A DNA stretch of 63,976 bases, filler included, from Collodictyon triciliatum (lineage: Eukaryota): assembly GCA_043381765.1 (NCBI GenBank). It is 6 parts of 6 records of this genome, joined end to end, with 100 filler letters (N's around TTAATTAATTAA, not from the genome) between each part and the next. Parts side by side here need not be neighbours in the genome. Positions count along the whole stretch, not along the records: positions 1 to 11,464 come from JBHJMP010002398.1; positions 11,565 to 23,004 come from JBHJMP010002399.1; 4 more parts are not named here. One strand, written 5' to 3'. Below, piece after piece: positions 1 to 12,543 of the stretch. The position numbers and the translations under genes are program-made. The notes beneath the pieces were generated by a model. The model was given only the letters and a program-made list of their open reading frames with translations. It was not told the origin of the DNA and ran no database searches. Numbering within the stretch: position 1 is the first letter of the stretch; the number at the start of each line of letters is the position of its first letter.

Positions 1-101
1 TACATACATACATACATACATACATACATACATACATACATACATACATACATACATACATACATACATACATACATACATACATACATACATACATACA
101 T
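1..101. repeat. (TACA)n microsatellite
   Basis: Perfect TACA tandem run from the window start. Confidence 0.97.
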
Positions 102-203
102 GAATAAATAAAAATAGCAATTAAAAATAAAAATAAATTTATATTTTTTTTTTAGAAAAACAGAAACTCATTCCACTTTCTTTTTTCTTTATCAAAAGAA
201 AAG

Positions 204-2639
204 TGCATCGAAAAACAACACTTGGTGGTAGATGGTACATTGTGTTATTTTTTTGACTCCTTATTATACTTGCGCGTTGCGGACTCACTAGGCTGCTTGT
301 TGCTGATGGTAGAGGCTCTGTTGCTTTGTACGACTTTGGTGACTACGAAAAAATCTCTAGAGGGGCCAGATTGGCGATTCAACCCGTGAGCAAAGGTCGC
401 TGGTATGTGTAAAGTGGCTTTTTCAACTCATGACCCTGCTCTTGATATGCGGTCGTCCGGAACACATTTCTTGTGCTTTTTTTTTTATTCTGAGTTAAAT
501 TACTAACCTACAAACTCTTGATATTTTTTATATAAACGCATTGCACTTTAATGCATACTTTATCAGTTTTATTACAAGCCCTCGCTTTTCAGAATTAATT
601 TGAATTGAATTAGATTGATTTTATTTTATTTTATTTTATTTTATTTTATTTTATTTTATTTTATTTTATTTTATTTTATTTTATTTTATTTGGTTTGATT
701 TGGTTTGATTTGGTTTGATTTGGTTTGATTTGGTTTGATTTGGTTTGATTTGGTTTGATTTGGTTTGATTTGGTTTGATTTGATTTGATTTGATTTGATT
801 TGATTTGATTTGATTTGATTTGATTTGATTTGATTTGATTTGATTTGATTTGATTTGATTTTGCAAAGGAAAAGCAAAGGTTGAATACTTTGTGACGTAA
901 AACAGTGCCTCTATCTGACCAAACATGGGCACATAAACGATACGTAATAATAGAGGCGATGTGCTAATACAAACCAAACTAGGCCAAAAGAATGGGAGAC
1001 GCTATCGGGATTTGACAACAATACGATAAAATCAGTTTCCTGGTACTCGGTGGACAATTACATATTTTTTACTGCATCTGCAAATTCCAATTTGTGTGTC
1101 TGGGACACGTCCACTCTCCAAGTATGATGTGTATGATTTAAGAAAATTATTTCAGAGGCAATTTCACCTGAATACGTATAAATAAAATGCAACTCTTTTC
1201 AACGTTCCGTTAAGGTTGTAAAGTCGTTCTCCGCAGGAGCCGAACTATTTGAAAACCGCCCATCTCCATCATCATCACAATCACCCATGGTTGCCAGTAA
1301 TATTTTAGGGCAAAATTTTAAAATCTTTGTCATGGAAATTACGCACACTATGTGATATCGATTTGTTATTGCTAATAATCTATATTTTATTTTAGCTACT
1401 GTCAAGAATGGGTACATAAGAATATGTGATCTTCGAGTGTGCTCTTTTGTGATGGGTGTCCAAGGTTCGTTCGCGTTAGTTAGGGCGAATCCATTCAAAA
1501 AAATTGTGCACTCATATCAGTAAATACTTTTTCATTTCTAATGTATTTTAGGGGTACCTTAAATACACAAACAAACAAACGAATAAACAAATAAATATGC
1601 AGCGCACACAAAAGAAGCGTATAGTGTGGATTGGTCTCCTTTGGACGATTCCATAATTGCCTCTAGTGAATTTTACACAAATCTAGGCCTTCATAAATAT
1701 TCTTGGATACTTTGATTAGAAATGTTGTTCATGCTAATAGACTCTTATGGACAGGTTCTGCTGATAAGGACATTAAACTATGGGATATTCGTTATTTTAG
1801 ATCTCCACTGTCTTTGTTTTCTAGAAAAGAAGGTAGCAGATTCATTTTACTTGTTGCTTAACAAATAAAAAGCAGGTATATTATCATCTTTTGATAAATT
1901 ATATAGTTTGAATATACAATTTTGTGTTGACTCCAGTTATAACTTTGGATTCTTGTTTAAAAAAAAGAAGAAAAGGGCTCGCATCTACCGCATGTACATC
2001 CGCATGCGGATTCCATTACTTGCATTCGATTTACCGCAGACGGAAATCACTTAATAAGCTCTGGTGTGCAGTTTCGCCATCATCTATGAATGAAATCAGT
2101 GTGTTAATCATGTATTTTTTTTCCTGTTTTGTCTTATTTCTTTTAATTTTGTTAATTGAAAAAAAAATATAAGGCGCTGATGATGCGGTGAGGAAATGGG
2201 ATACATTCACCTGCAGGGAAACAAACGTATTTATAATTTTGCAAAAACAAAAAAGTAGAATGTGAATACTGCAAAAGAAATCGTCAAGTGAAATGAAATT
2301 GTTTGTGTAATTTAGTAAATTATACTGTTATTTCAGGTTGCATATCCTAATCCAAGCAACAGCTTCAGCGATAATACACGTGTAGGTTTATATCAAGCAT
2401 AAAATAAATTAAAAATTTACCAACTCCGTTCATTTCCCCTTTCATTAAAAGCAGGATATAAAAAATACAGTTTGCCCTGTCCCACCATAGTAATATCCTG
2501 TACCATCAGTCAGGAAACGATCTTGGAGTATATGATGTAAATACAGGTAAATGCAAAACCAATCATTCATCAACGTGAGGTTGAAAGACACCGATAGGAT
2601 ATGATTTTCTTTATCATGGAAATACCCCGAACGAAAATA

Positions 2640-2722
<83 letters not shown>

Positions 2723-3076
2723 ACTGCGCTCGCCACCATTTATTTCGTGAAAAGGATGCTAACATATCTGTTAAAAGGAGTATTGCTCGAAAAACTCAAA
2801 TGCACACATAATGTAATCAGCACAATCACATCATCGTACGACGGCTGTGTAAGTTTGCATCATATGGGATAATCAAGCAGAACCATATAATTTTCATTCG
2901 CAACTCTGCTACGCGCTATGTTCGTGACTGACACAATCTTTCGAATGAACACCGCCCAGCAATATGTCTTCACATCTGGACACGACAGCTCTGTAATCGG
3001 ATGGAAAACATCATTCCACAAGCTTGGCCTTAAGCATAATGCAGAAAAAACACGAGCCCGTCCAAAATCACTTTAA
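204..3076 (+). CDS. ERCC8: WD40 protein resembling Cockayne syndrome A / ERCC8; multi-exon, 5' end lies upstream of the window
   Basis: Spliced GT-AG exons read GRWLLVADGRGSVALYD, VSWYSVDNYIFFTASANSNLCVWDTSTLQ, GYIRICDLR, AYSVDWSPLDDSIIAS, SADKDIKLWDIR, HADSITCIRFTADGNHLISSGADDAVRKWD, QYVFTSGHDSSVIGWK...KSL* (TAA 3074-3076). The order matches recalled human CSA motifs (VQWYPHDTGMF...VWDTNTLQ; AHNGKVNGLCFTSDG). The start coordinate is approximate. Confidence 0.65.
601..860. repeat. Compound pentanucleotide microsatellite (TTTTA)n-(TTTGG/TTTGA)n-(TTTGA)n, intronic
   Basis: Directly visible; source of the spurious 'QIKSN' ORFs. Confidence 0.95.
2643..2719. repeat. poly(A) tract, intronic
   Basis: Homopolymer run. 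Confidence 0.9.
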
Positions 3077-3733
3077 ACAAAGCAACTCTATGCACACGTT
3101 TCTATGATAAGAATTAAAGATAGACACCGCCGCGCGGACACCAAAGCACTTTCTTTGATAGCACAGGTTATTTCCCCCTCAAAAATATAATTAAAATCAT
3201 AGACGCGAGGCAGCACACAAAACACCCCCACGTGCAGTCCAGTTTGTATGTGTTCTGCGTTGCTTTCAGGCATGCAGAGTCAGCCGCTGAGACAGCAAGG
3301 GGCTTCGAAGTGTTTGGAGGCAGAGGTGGAACCGTTCTTTGCTGTGGCTGTGGCTTGGAGTCTGCACACGGCTCAATGGCAGATTTCCACATACCCTCTA
3401 TATATATCTTTTCCGACCCCTTTGTGCTGTGTAAGCATGCCTGTCTGTCGCTTCATAGCAGGTGAATATCCTGTCACAAACCCTTCAAATACAATCATGT
3501 TTTTCATCTTTCAGTCTCTTCTGCCACCTCCCTGTTTTCTTTCTTTGTTTCAGAACAATGTTTCTGGCTGTTTGACATCAGGACGGAAGAGTCATCCTAA
3601 GTATCTTTTGTCTCAACCAAAATCATTCGATTGACGCGAAAAGGGAATGTGCACAACTCAATCGCAATAGTAATAGTAATGATAATAATAATAATAATAA
3701 CTAGTGGAAAAATTGTGCCAAGACCGGGCGAAT

Positions 3734-5066
3734 TTAAATGATATGTGGTCGCTGTGGCATGCAAAGGTTATAGAAGGCCTCTTTGAGGAAAAGGTCTGCC
3801 TTGTGCCACGCACACCTGAAGGAGGAAAAAAAAAAAAAAAAAGAAAATAGAGAAGACAGAAGTTTAGTTGGGTGGAGAGGGAAATGTGACAGAGACGGTG
3901 GTGAATGTGCAAGGAGGTGTTTTCGGGTGTTTTTAAGAGTATCGTAATTATACCATTTCTTTGACTGGATTGTATGCAAGTCTTCTGAGCCTGTGTAATG
4001 TGGGTCCAGTATCAAGAATGCGATATCTCCGGTTTGCTCGTTAAAATCGATTCCAAGCAACGTGTAGGCGAGGACACCGCCACCTTTATAAATATGGATA
4101 AGGGCGGGAAAAAAAAAAAAACTAAAACTAAAACAAAAACCTTTCTCTCAATAAACTGTTGAAAAGAAACCAAAAAAAAAAATACCAAAAGAAAAAAAAT
4201 AAAAACCAAAATAAAAGACGGGAAAAAAATGCTGAACAAATACAGGAATTATAAGTATCCCATACGAATCCATATACAAGGAAAAAAGAAAGAGACTTCC
4301 ATAATTATCATTATCACTAGGAATATTAAAGCAAAGAAAAGTATTACAAACCAATCATAATTGGTGTTCCTTGAGATAAGAAGTGACGCGACAGCTCTCT
4401 GCCTTTCTCCGCGAGCTGAGCTCCGGAGTTGACGGACAGAATTTTACAGGTTACCTGGGTGCTCAAATTGGGTTAGCCTTTGATACAAAGGGTTGTTTAT
4501 TTGTTTTCATATTATATTTATCAATATCGTTACAGTCATTTTCATCATCATTTATTACATCGTTTCTCCTTTCTTTTTTTTTTATGGGGTCATTCGACAA
4601 TAGCCCATAGTATATTTTATCTAGATTGGTAATGAATAAGCGATTTGTTTTACTAGCTTACACCATATAATGTATCCAAGCACATATTAACTTCTAAAGC
4701 ACCGATCCATTTCTTGGAACCAACAAAGGAGGGCTCCTTATCGCCAATTCTCACGAGTGTTTGTTGAATAGTAAGATGGTCTATATGCACGAGGATACTT
4801 CAAATACAGTAGTTTATATATGATGTGCTTTTTTTTTTAAAAAAACAACAACAACAACAACAACAAACAAACAAACAATAATAACGATAAAATACATGTA
4901 TACTAATAATAGAATAACCTGGAACTGGAACACCGGAATAATTCTGATGCAAAAACCATGAGCATATCGTTTGCAAGGAACGGTAAGCACAGCCCCAACC
5001 TTTATCATCGAATCGGTCCTATTACATCGACCAGTGGCATTACCGAAATAGTATAGGTGTTGCGCA

Positions 5067-5134
<68 letters not shown>

Positions 5135-8128
5135 GTTCATTTGGAGGAAAAAGAGTGCACCATAAGATTCCACTGACGGGTGTAAGGTAGAATTAATTTT
5201 TTTTTTTTATTAATTATTTTAGCTGTTATATATAAATATATTTTGATGTAAATCATTCCCATTCATCGCGTTTTACCTGCATATAGTGATAGTAATCATA
5301 CGAGCCCTGAACGAGATAATGGGTTCCACCAACAACTAGGAGAACAGGTAAGTAAGAAACGATCGAAAACATAGGCAAGATAGGATGTATGAAAATAGAA
5401 AGATTAAAAGAAAACCTCCGGATGATCCCAAACCAATGTGAACATCAGATAAACGACCTTTGGTTTACGTAAAATAAAATAAATTATTTTTAAAAAAAAT
5501 TTCATTCAGAAGAGAACATAGCTATATAAAATATACGAAAATATATTATCATTTTGTCTTTCGGAATACATATATTTTGCATGATAATGGGGAGGGGGAA
5601 TACAAGAAATCGGTCATTTATACCAGAAGAAAATTTCACGTTATCAAAATTGATTGCATTGGTGATTCGAACTAATGGTCTGTCAACTGGTAGTTGATAC
5701 ACCATGTGAATGTTTTGACGGTACGTAACTAAATTGAGTGTGGAAGAGTATCCATAAGAACTAGATGTTAATAGTAAGAGAGATACATGAAAATATAAAA
5801 ATAAAGGGTTTGCTCTATGAATGTATTCTTTATATTTTTTTTGGATTAAAATATTAGGTATACATGTGTTTTCCTCAGAGATGTCAGCATAAGTGGCCTT
5901 CATATATTACAAAAAAAAAATTAGACGAGAAATGTCGATTATAATTATCATTATTATTATTATTGAAAAAAAGTGAAAGAATTAAAGCAATGGAATATTG
6001 ATTGTAAGATGGTTCATGAATATACTTTTTCCTTCGGAATGACAGGATAGGAAATAGTCATGAGGTGAGGGACATGTGGAAACTTGTAGACGAAGTAAGT
6101 CGGCTAAACAGATAATAGTATTTTTTTAAAAAAAAATAATTTTTTTTTTGTATAAAGCACACGAGGCTGTCGATGAGTTCATAAATAAGCGTCATGTATA
6201 GAGTGGACAAACCACTGCTTGAGGCTTCACACTTGCCATCAACGCCAACGCATTAGCTTGGGATATGAGCGAGTTTTTGAGAGAATACAGTTGTTCCTCA
6301 ACTCGAATTATATATTGAAGTTTAAATGTTTATATATAAGTAACAGAGTTGGGAAAATATTAATCATGGAAGAGAAAGGAATATGAACACATGCGCACAG
6401 TATAGAAGTAGAAAGTGAATAGAAAAGGGAGAGTATAAAAGTAAAACAAATACGATTACTTGTTGATGATATGTGTGAGTACTGAACTACGTGTAGTCTG
6501 ATAGTTCTTTGTGTGTTTGAGACTTTTGGAATTTCTAGGTATATATTTATTTTTGTTATTAATATCCTGAAACATTCTAAAAATAATAATCACCCACCTT
6601 TGAGTTGGATATGTAGTATTTATACACCAAATATATACGTATATATAATATGAGATAGACTGAGGGAAAAATACACCACAGAAACGACGCGGTAATAGAA
6701 AAAAATAATATTAAAAAATGAGAGATTCTAAGAAAATACCTTTTGAGTAGGATAAGAAGAGTGCAGTTGGCTTTTTGGAGGAGGGCAACGACTGAGACCA
6801 AAATAATTTCAATTGTATTGGAGGAAGGAAAAACTTTCCGGAAGAAACTGCTGATTGCAAGTGTTGTGCCTGGGACTTGGAAGTCTTCTTTGTGGTGGCT
6901 TTTAAAGAAGAGGGCTCGTTTGTATTTTGACTCGCTGAGTAGAGACGACATGTTTTCTGCGCACTGACATTTTCTTCTCCATCACGCTTATTGACTTTTG
7001 CAACCAACCCGTCTGGATATGCAATGCATAATCTGGAGGACGAAAATATTTCGTCGATGTACTTTCTCCAATCCGCAATATCACCTGATGAAAATGAGAT
7101 GAAACGAGATATATTCACAAACACGTTTTTTTTTTTTAGTTTCCTTGTTTCAATTTATATATATTGAATTAGATATATATACAACCCCACAAAATCGGCA
7201 CCATAATTTTTATATAGGAGGTCATTGTACTCACCATTCAACTGCATCTTTAGCTCACACCGAAAGGGAACGTATTCACCATTGAATATTGCAGCCAGCT
7301 CGTCATCCGCCACCACGCAAACGTCAAGCGGTTCTATGGTTTCCTTGGAGGCCTGCATTTGCGCATCACATTTTCTTTACCATATCCACCTCGTTCCCAC
7401 CTCCCTCCCTTCCATAATAATAACAATAATAACAATAATAACAATAATAACAATAATAACAATAATAACAATAATAACAATAATAACAATAATAACAATA
7501 ACAATAACAATAACAATAACAATAACAATAACAATAAAAATAAAAATAATAACAATAACAATAACAATAACAATAACAATAAAAATAATAACAATAACAA
7601 TAAAAATAACAATAATAACAATAATAACAATAATAACAATAATAATAATAATAAAACTATAATAACAATACTCATAATCATATAAACACTGATAAGTATA
7701 TCATAGCAGGCAGAAAAAGCAAGGCAACAAAGGGGGATGGGGGGTCTTACGGCAGCGCAAATCTCGCCGGCCAAGGCGGCATGCCCAGCCCAGAGGACCA
7801 AGAGGCAGGGCCCTGCAGTCGACGAGCGGGGACCGGCCGGCGCATCCCACCCGCCCGCCTCAGCAGCCGCCGCCCACGCGAGCGGATCGACCGGGCCGCG
7901 CGGAAGAGCCACACCGAGAACGCGGATCCCGGCGGGGAGGAAAGCGCGGGCGTCTGCGAGGGACCGGGCGAAGGGCGCGGCGCAGTGCGCAGAGGCCGTG
8001 ACGACGGCTGCGTGGCCGATGCCGGTGCAGACGCAGGTGCCGAGCAGGAAGTGGGCTTTGCCTCCTGCGCTGCCCTCCGCACACACCCGCGCCGCAGTGC
8101 TGCGCCCAATCGTGACGCTGGTCTGCAT
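3734..8128 (-). CDS. UFSP2: Ufm1-specific protease 2 (peptidase C78) with a long N-terminal extension; about 15 exons
   Basis: Exons give [57 protein letters not shown] (catalytic Cys box), [42 protein letters not shown] (Asp-Pro-His) and [16 protein letters not shown] at 8128; exon 1 (8128-7751) splices in phase 0 to 7352. Confidence 0.9.
7414..7655. repeat. (AAT/AAC)n microsatellite in UFSP2 intron 1
   Basis: Directly visible. Confidence 0.95.
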
Positions 8129-8337
8129 CCCTGTGTGCTGCGCGTTTGGTGGGGCTCCGCTCTCTCGGCCGCTTCTGTGCTTTGGTTCTTGTTTATGGCG
8201 TTGTTCATGGCGCGGTCTCTCTTCTCTCTCCTCTCTCACTCTCACCCTCACTCTCACTCTCACTCCCACTCCTCTTCTCTTCTCTCTGACTTGTCTTGGC
8301 CGGCTCCTCTTTCGCCCTCGGCAGGCTGGGTTGCTCA

Positions 8338-10032
8338 TCATTTGTAGTTGAACTTCATGCGCATCACATAGCGCATGCGGATCTGGGCCACGTCGTAGAC
8401 AATAAACTCGTTGTAGAGCAGGCTCTGGGCGCGCGGGTTGTTGACGCCTTTGCCCTGGGCATTGGGGGTGGGCGTTGAGTCGGGGTCTTGGAATGTGCGG
8501 AAGGCAGGTGGTTCTTACAAGAGGCACCGTCACGTTCTCGGGGATCGTCTCGGCCTTGGACGGGTCGGGCTGCGTGCGTCCGATGCCCCACGTGCTGTGC
8601 TTGCCTTGTGCCCTGTCGTGCGGGTCAGTCGCTGGTTGCAAGGGACAGGATCGTCTGCTGTGTGCGGCAAACAAACAAGCAAACAAGCAAACAAGCAAAC
8701 AAGCAAACTAACAAACAAGCACTTGTCTGCACGTAATCATGCATGCATACTTGCAACTTTCGTTGGCCAGAAACTCAGAAGTGGTTCGCTCGTAGTAGTC
8801 ACCCAGGGCCACCTCGCAGAGCATCATCACGCTCACGTTTTCGGACGGCGTTGTGAAGCAGTAGTTTGCGCTCTTGCTGTATATATATATATACATATGC
8901 GTGTGTGCATGGTGTGTGGCGGTTAAGCGAGTGTATGAGTGCATATGGGAAAGTGCGTATGGAGACTCGGCCTCGTCTGCAGTCGGCACGCAAAAAACAC
9001 TCACCTGACCATGTCCGCAAAGTACACCCCCTTTCCAAACATGTACCCAGACACAGGCGCTTCTGGCGGGGCGATCCGCAGACCCTTTCATAAAAATTAT
9101 GATGATGATGGTGATGATGATGATGATGGTGATGATGATCCACAGAGTCTATCGAGTGCATGCTGATCACACCCATTGGGATAATTGATGCTGTTTTTTT
9201 TTTTTTTTTTATCTGTGATTCTTCTATGGTCAGAGTCTGGTGGCGGCGTTACCTGGCTGATGATGCCGACCCAATTCATGAGGCGCGACCCGTGCCACAG
9301 GAGCTGGTGGTTGTGCAACGATTTGTACTTTTCAAAGCGCGGGTCTTCGCTTTCGCGATGCGCACGAAACAGGTCCACAACCTCTAGGCTGTAGCTGCTG
9401 TGTGTGGTGGCGTGGGTATTCTCGACATACCGACTGCATAAGGATGCGTGTTGAAGCATTAGCCAATTATCAATTTCCATTATTTTCATTCTTTTCCTTT
9501 TTTTTTTTTTCTATCCTTATCTACATCTCGACTTTTAAACTCGTCCAAATATTTTTTCTTTCATTTTCTTCTCTTCACGCAGCCTTTTGCGTGCGTGCGT
9601 GCATAGTTTAATAACCATCCTACTATCTTATAACTTCGGTGCAGTGACAAAAACAAGGTTAAATGTAAACATACCGAACGACATCAAATTCGGGAGATGA
9701 CTTGTCCACCGGCTCCAAAGTGCACTTGAGGGCTTCATAGTTGATGTCGCTGGGATGCTTGGCCTTGGGCTTCGAGTCTTCTTCCTTCATCAGCCCACTT
9801 GCGTGGGAGACCGAAAGAATCGACTCGATTAGATCAATCTTTTGTCGAAGGAGCTCTTGCGTGTTAATGATGGGTGGAGGCTATTAAATGGTGATGATTC
9901 TCAGTCTTCAGAGATTGTGAGCGTGGAGGAAAAAAATTATGAATATGAATAAAAGCATTCCGTGTAAAATAATTGCGAGCAATATGTGTGATACAATGAA
10001 TCAAGGACTTCAATTGCTCGAAAATTTGGCAG

Positions 10033-10065
<33 letters not shown>

Positions 10066-10842
10066 CGTACTCTCTCGGGTGGGAACTGGTGGGGAATGGT
10101 ACTGTAGAATCGTGTGGTTGCGTCCCGGAATTTCAGCTCAAGAAGTTTTACATCTTTCGCAGCTTCTTTGTCTTCTTGCAAGAGTTTCTATGCACAAAAT
10201 AAAGTGGTTACTTCTTTCCTTATGATTGTTAATTGCAACACCAAACCTCAATAATATTGTTGTTGTTTTTTTTTTTTTTGATAAAAAAAAATATGTACTA
10301 AACGGGCGGGGTTTCCTTTTTCAATCACAATAACAATACATGTACACCACCTCAAATTCAGCAAGTTGGTACATTTCATAAAATGGCAAACCAACCAAAC
10401 TGGCAGGGGCAATCAATCATGGAAAAACGTGTATGTTTACAAATCCCTGCAGAGTATATATCACATTTACCTGTAACTCATTCAAAATTGCATAGCCGCT
10501 GCGAATTTGGTCCTGGCTCAGGGACTCCAGGTTGATTTTGCTTGTATCGATGTTTTGTTGCTGCAGAGAGCGCTGCATCATAGTCTTGTCGAAAATGAGG
10601 TCTACAAAGCTTTTCAGGGATGGAGCCAGCTTGCTCTGCAGACAAACCAGGTTTTTTTTTTTGTTAATAAATATTACACTGAGAACAAATAGACACGTCT
10701 CGCAACCATACTACCGCAAACATTATTTTCCTTTTCCAAAAGAAAATCATGGCAATTCACAGGAGAAGATATTACAGGTCATGATTTTTCTGTATGTAAC
10801 TTTCGATACCTTGACAAGATTGTTTTTAAAAATAATATTCAC

Positions 10843-10873
<31 letters not shown>

Positions 10874-11271
10874 AAGGTAAAGTGAATAAGGAATACTGCT
10901 TCCGTTGCTGTGCTTGTAGTGCCAGTAGATTTCTTCTCGCCAGACTTGCAGTTATATTCAAAAATTAGAAAATACATAAATTTGGCATATGTGGAAGGTA
11001 TGTGAGACCATTCCTATGTACCACATCGAAAGAAGGTAGATAGTATGACGTGTTTAATAAATATAACTTCTTTTAAATAAATGTCAGTCGAGTTTAAACT
11101 AAATATGCAAGGTTTGTACAAACTTTATTAGAAATAGCGCGATTGAGCCTGATGAGATTGTACTTTCCTGGTTTCTGGACAAAGGCGTGGACATTGTCCC
11201 AGCTAAAGTTTGTTTTCATCACGTAAATAATCCACAAAATACGAGATGTACATATGAGCATTTTGATATTA

Positions 11272-11311
<40 letters not shown>

Positions 11312-11464
11312 GGTTTTTATTTTTTTTTTTTTTTTTTTTTTTTTTGTCGTTCCTTGGGGTGTGAAACTATCTAATATATGTGGTTGATTACCCTAACATA
11401 AAAAAAAGTTGATAAAAGTAGATTCAACTCACTTATTTCCCGTATGTTTGAGAAAGATTTCACG
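8338..11464 (-). CDS. Poly(ADP-ribose) polymerase, PARP1/2-like (end of WGR domain, regulatory domain, catalytic domain); 5' end lost in gap
   Basis: Exons read [22 protein letters not shown] (WGR end), [16 protein letters not shown]...[19 protein letters not shown] (regulatory domain), [65 protein letters not shown]...YK* (TGA 8340-8338). The H-Y-E triad is intact. Confidence 0.93.
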
Positions 11465-11564
11465 NNNNNNNNNNNNNNNNNNNNNNNNNNNNNNNNNNNN
11501 NNNNNNNNTTAATTAATTAANNNNNNNNNNNNNNNNNNNNNNNNNNNNNNNNNNNNNNNNNNNN
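11465..11564. other. Assembly gap with synthetic TTAATTAATTAA linker; same pattern at 23005-23104, 34573-34672, 43327-43426, 54853-54952
   Basis: Identical N-run/TTAATTAATTAA/N-run block five times; the linker has stops in all six frames. Confidence 0.95.
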
Positions 11565-12491
11565 AAAATTATCGCATGGATAGACACTCATTCTGCCTCA
11601 TTTGAGCAGCTCCGACGCGTCGAAGGAGCAACCTTTGAAGGTAGGATTATTCGGGGATAATGTCCTGAAATACCTCTTTATATTTGACATATTAAACTAA
11701 ATCAGCATTTGCCGAATTTTAAGAGCTATATTTATATACGTAGATATCATAACCCCTCTTCTATGGGCACTGCTCGAAATCAGTTGTGGATTACCACAAA
11801 TTAAGGTGGTAGTCTTACATATATATTATTTTTTAAAAAAATAACAGAAGCAGAAGCGCAAAACACTTCTTTATTGGATTCAAAGGGAGGTCTTCATTTT
11901 CTATCCGGCTGTTTCCATTTTTTCACCCTTAGTATAATCACATTAGAGGGACACTTCATCCTATCTGTCTACCATTCGAGAAATATCAAAAGTGACTGGC
12001 ATACCCTTTCTATTCGAAGGTTCATTGACAGCACTTTTCATCCCAAGCGTATTGTTCATCATGTTACTTTAACACTTTTCATATTTTAATATATTTTTTC
12101 CTAAAAATAGGAGCCAAATTTGAGGAGCAGTATCTGCTGCACGTTGCCCACTATTCCATCGTCCAGGACAGAGTAAATGACAGATATAAACACTCGCATA
12201 TCCATAATGCCATCTCTTATCGGGCACTACTGATACAGCTTTAATCACGCTCTTGATTATCAACAGATTCAGATAGCCCGAGATGGAGAAAAGAAAAAAT
12301 TCCGCAAGTGGGTTGCCCCTCCTCAGCGCTACGAGACTACAAAGCCACTAGATATCAAAATTATGGAGCAAGGTGTCTTACGTATCTTCATGTCATCGAC
12401 ATTCAGAGACATGCAGAATGAGAGAGACCAGTTCTTCCAGCATGGAGCAGTGGAGTAAGCATATAGCCATACACAGCTGATCGATTATGTT

Positions 12492-12543
<52 letters not shown>

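Noticed and set aside
7334-8698. 454-aa ORF apparently fusing PARP and UFSP2 sequence with poly-Leu
   Set aside because: It is a chance open frame through GC-rich introns, spacer and microsatellite. The spliced PARP frame stops at 8338 and UFSP2 has its own ATG at 8128.
11509-11520. Recurrent palindrome TTAATTAATTAA inside N-runs (five times)
   Set aside because: It is a synthetic six-frame-stop contig linker, not a biological motif.
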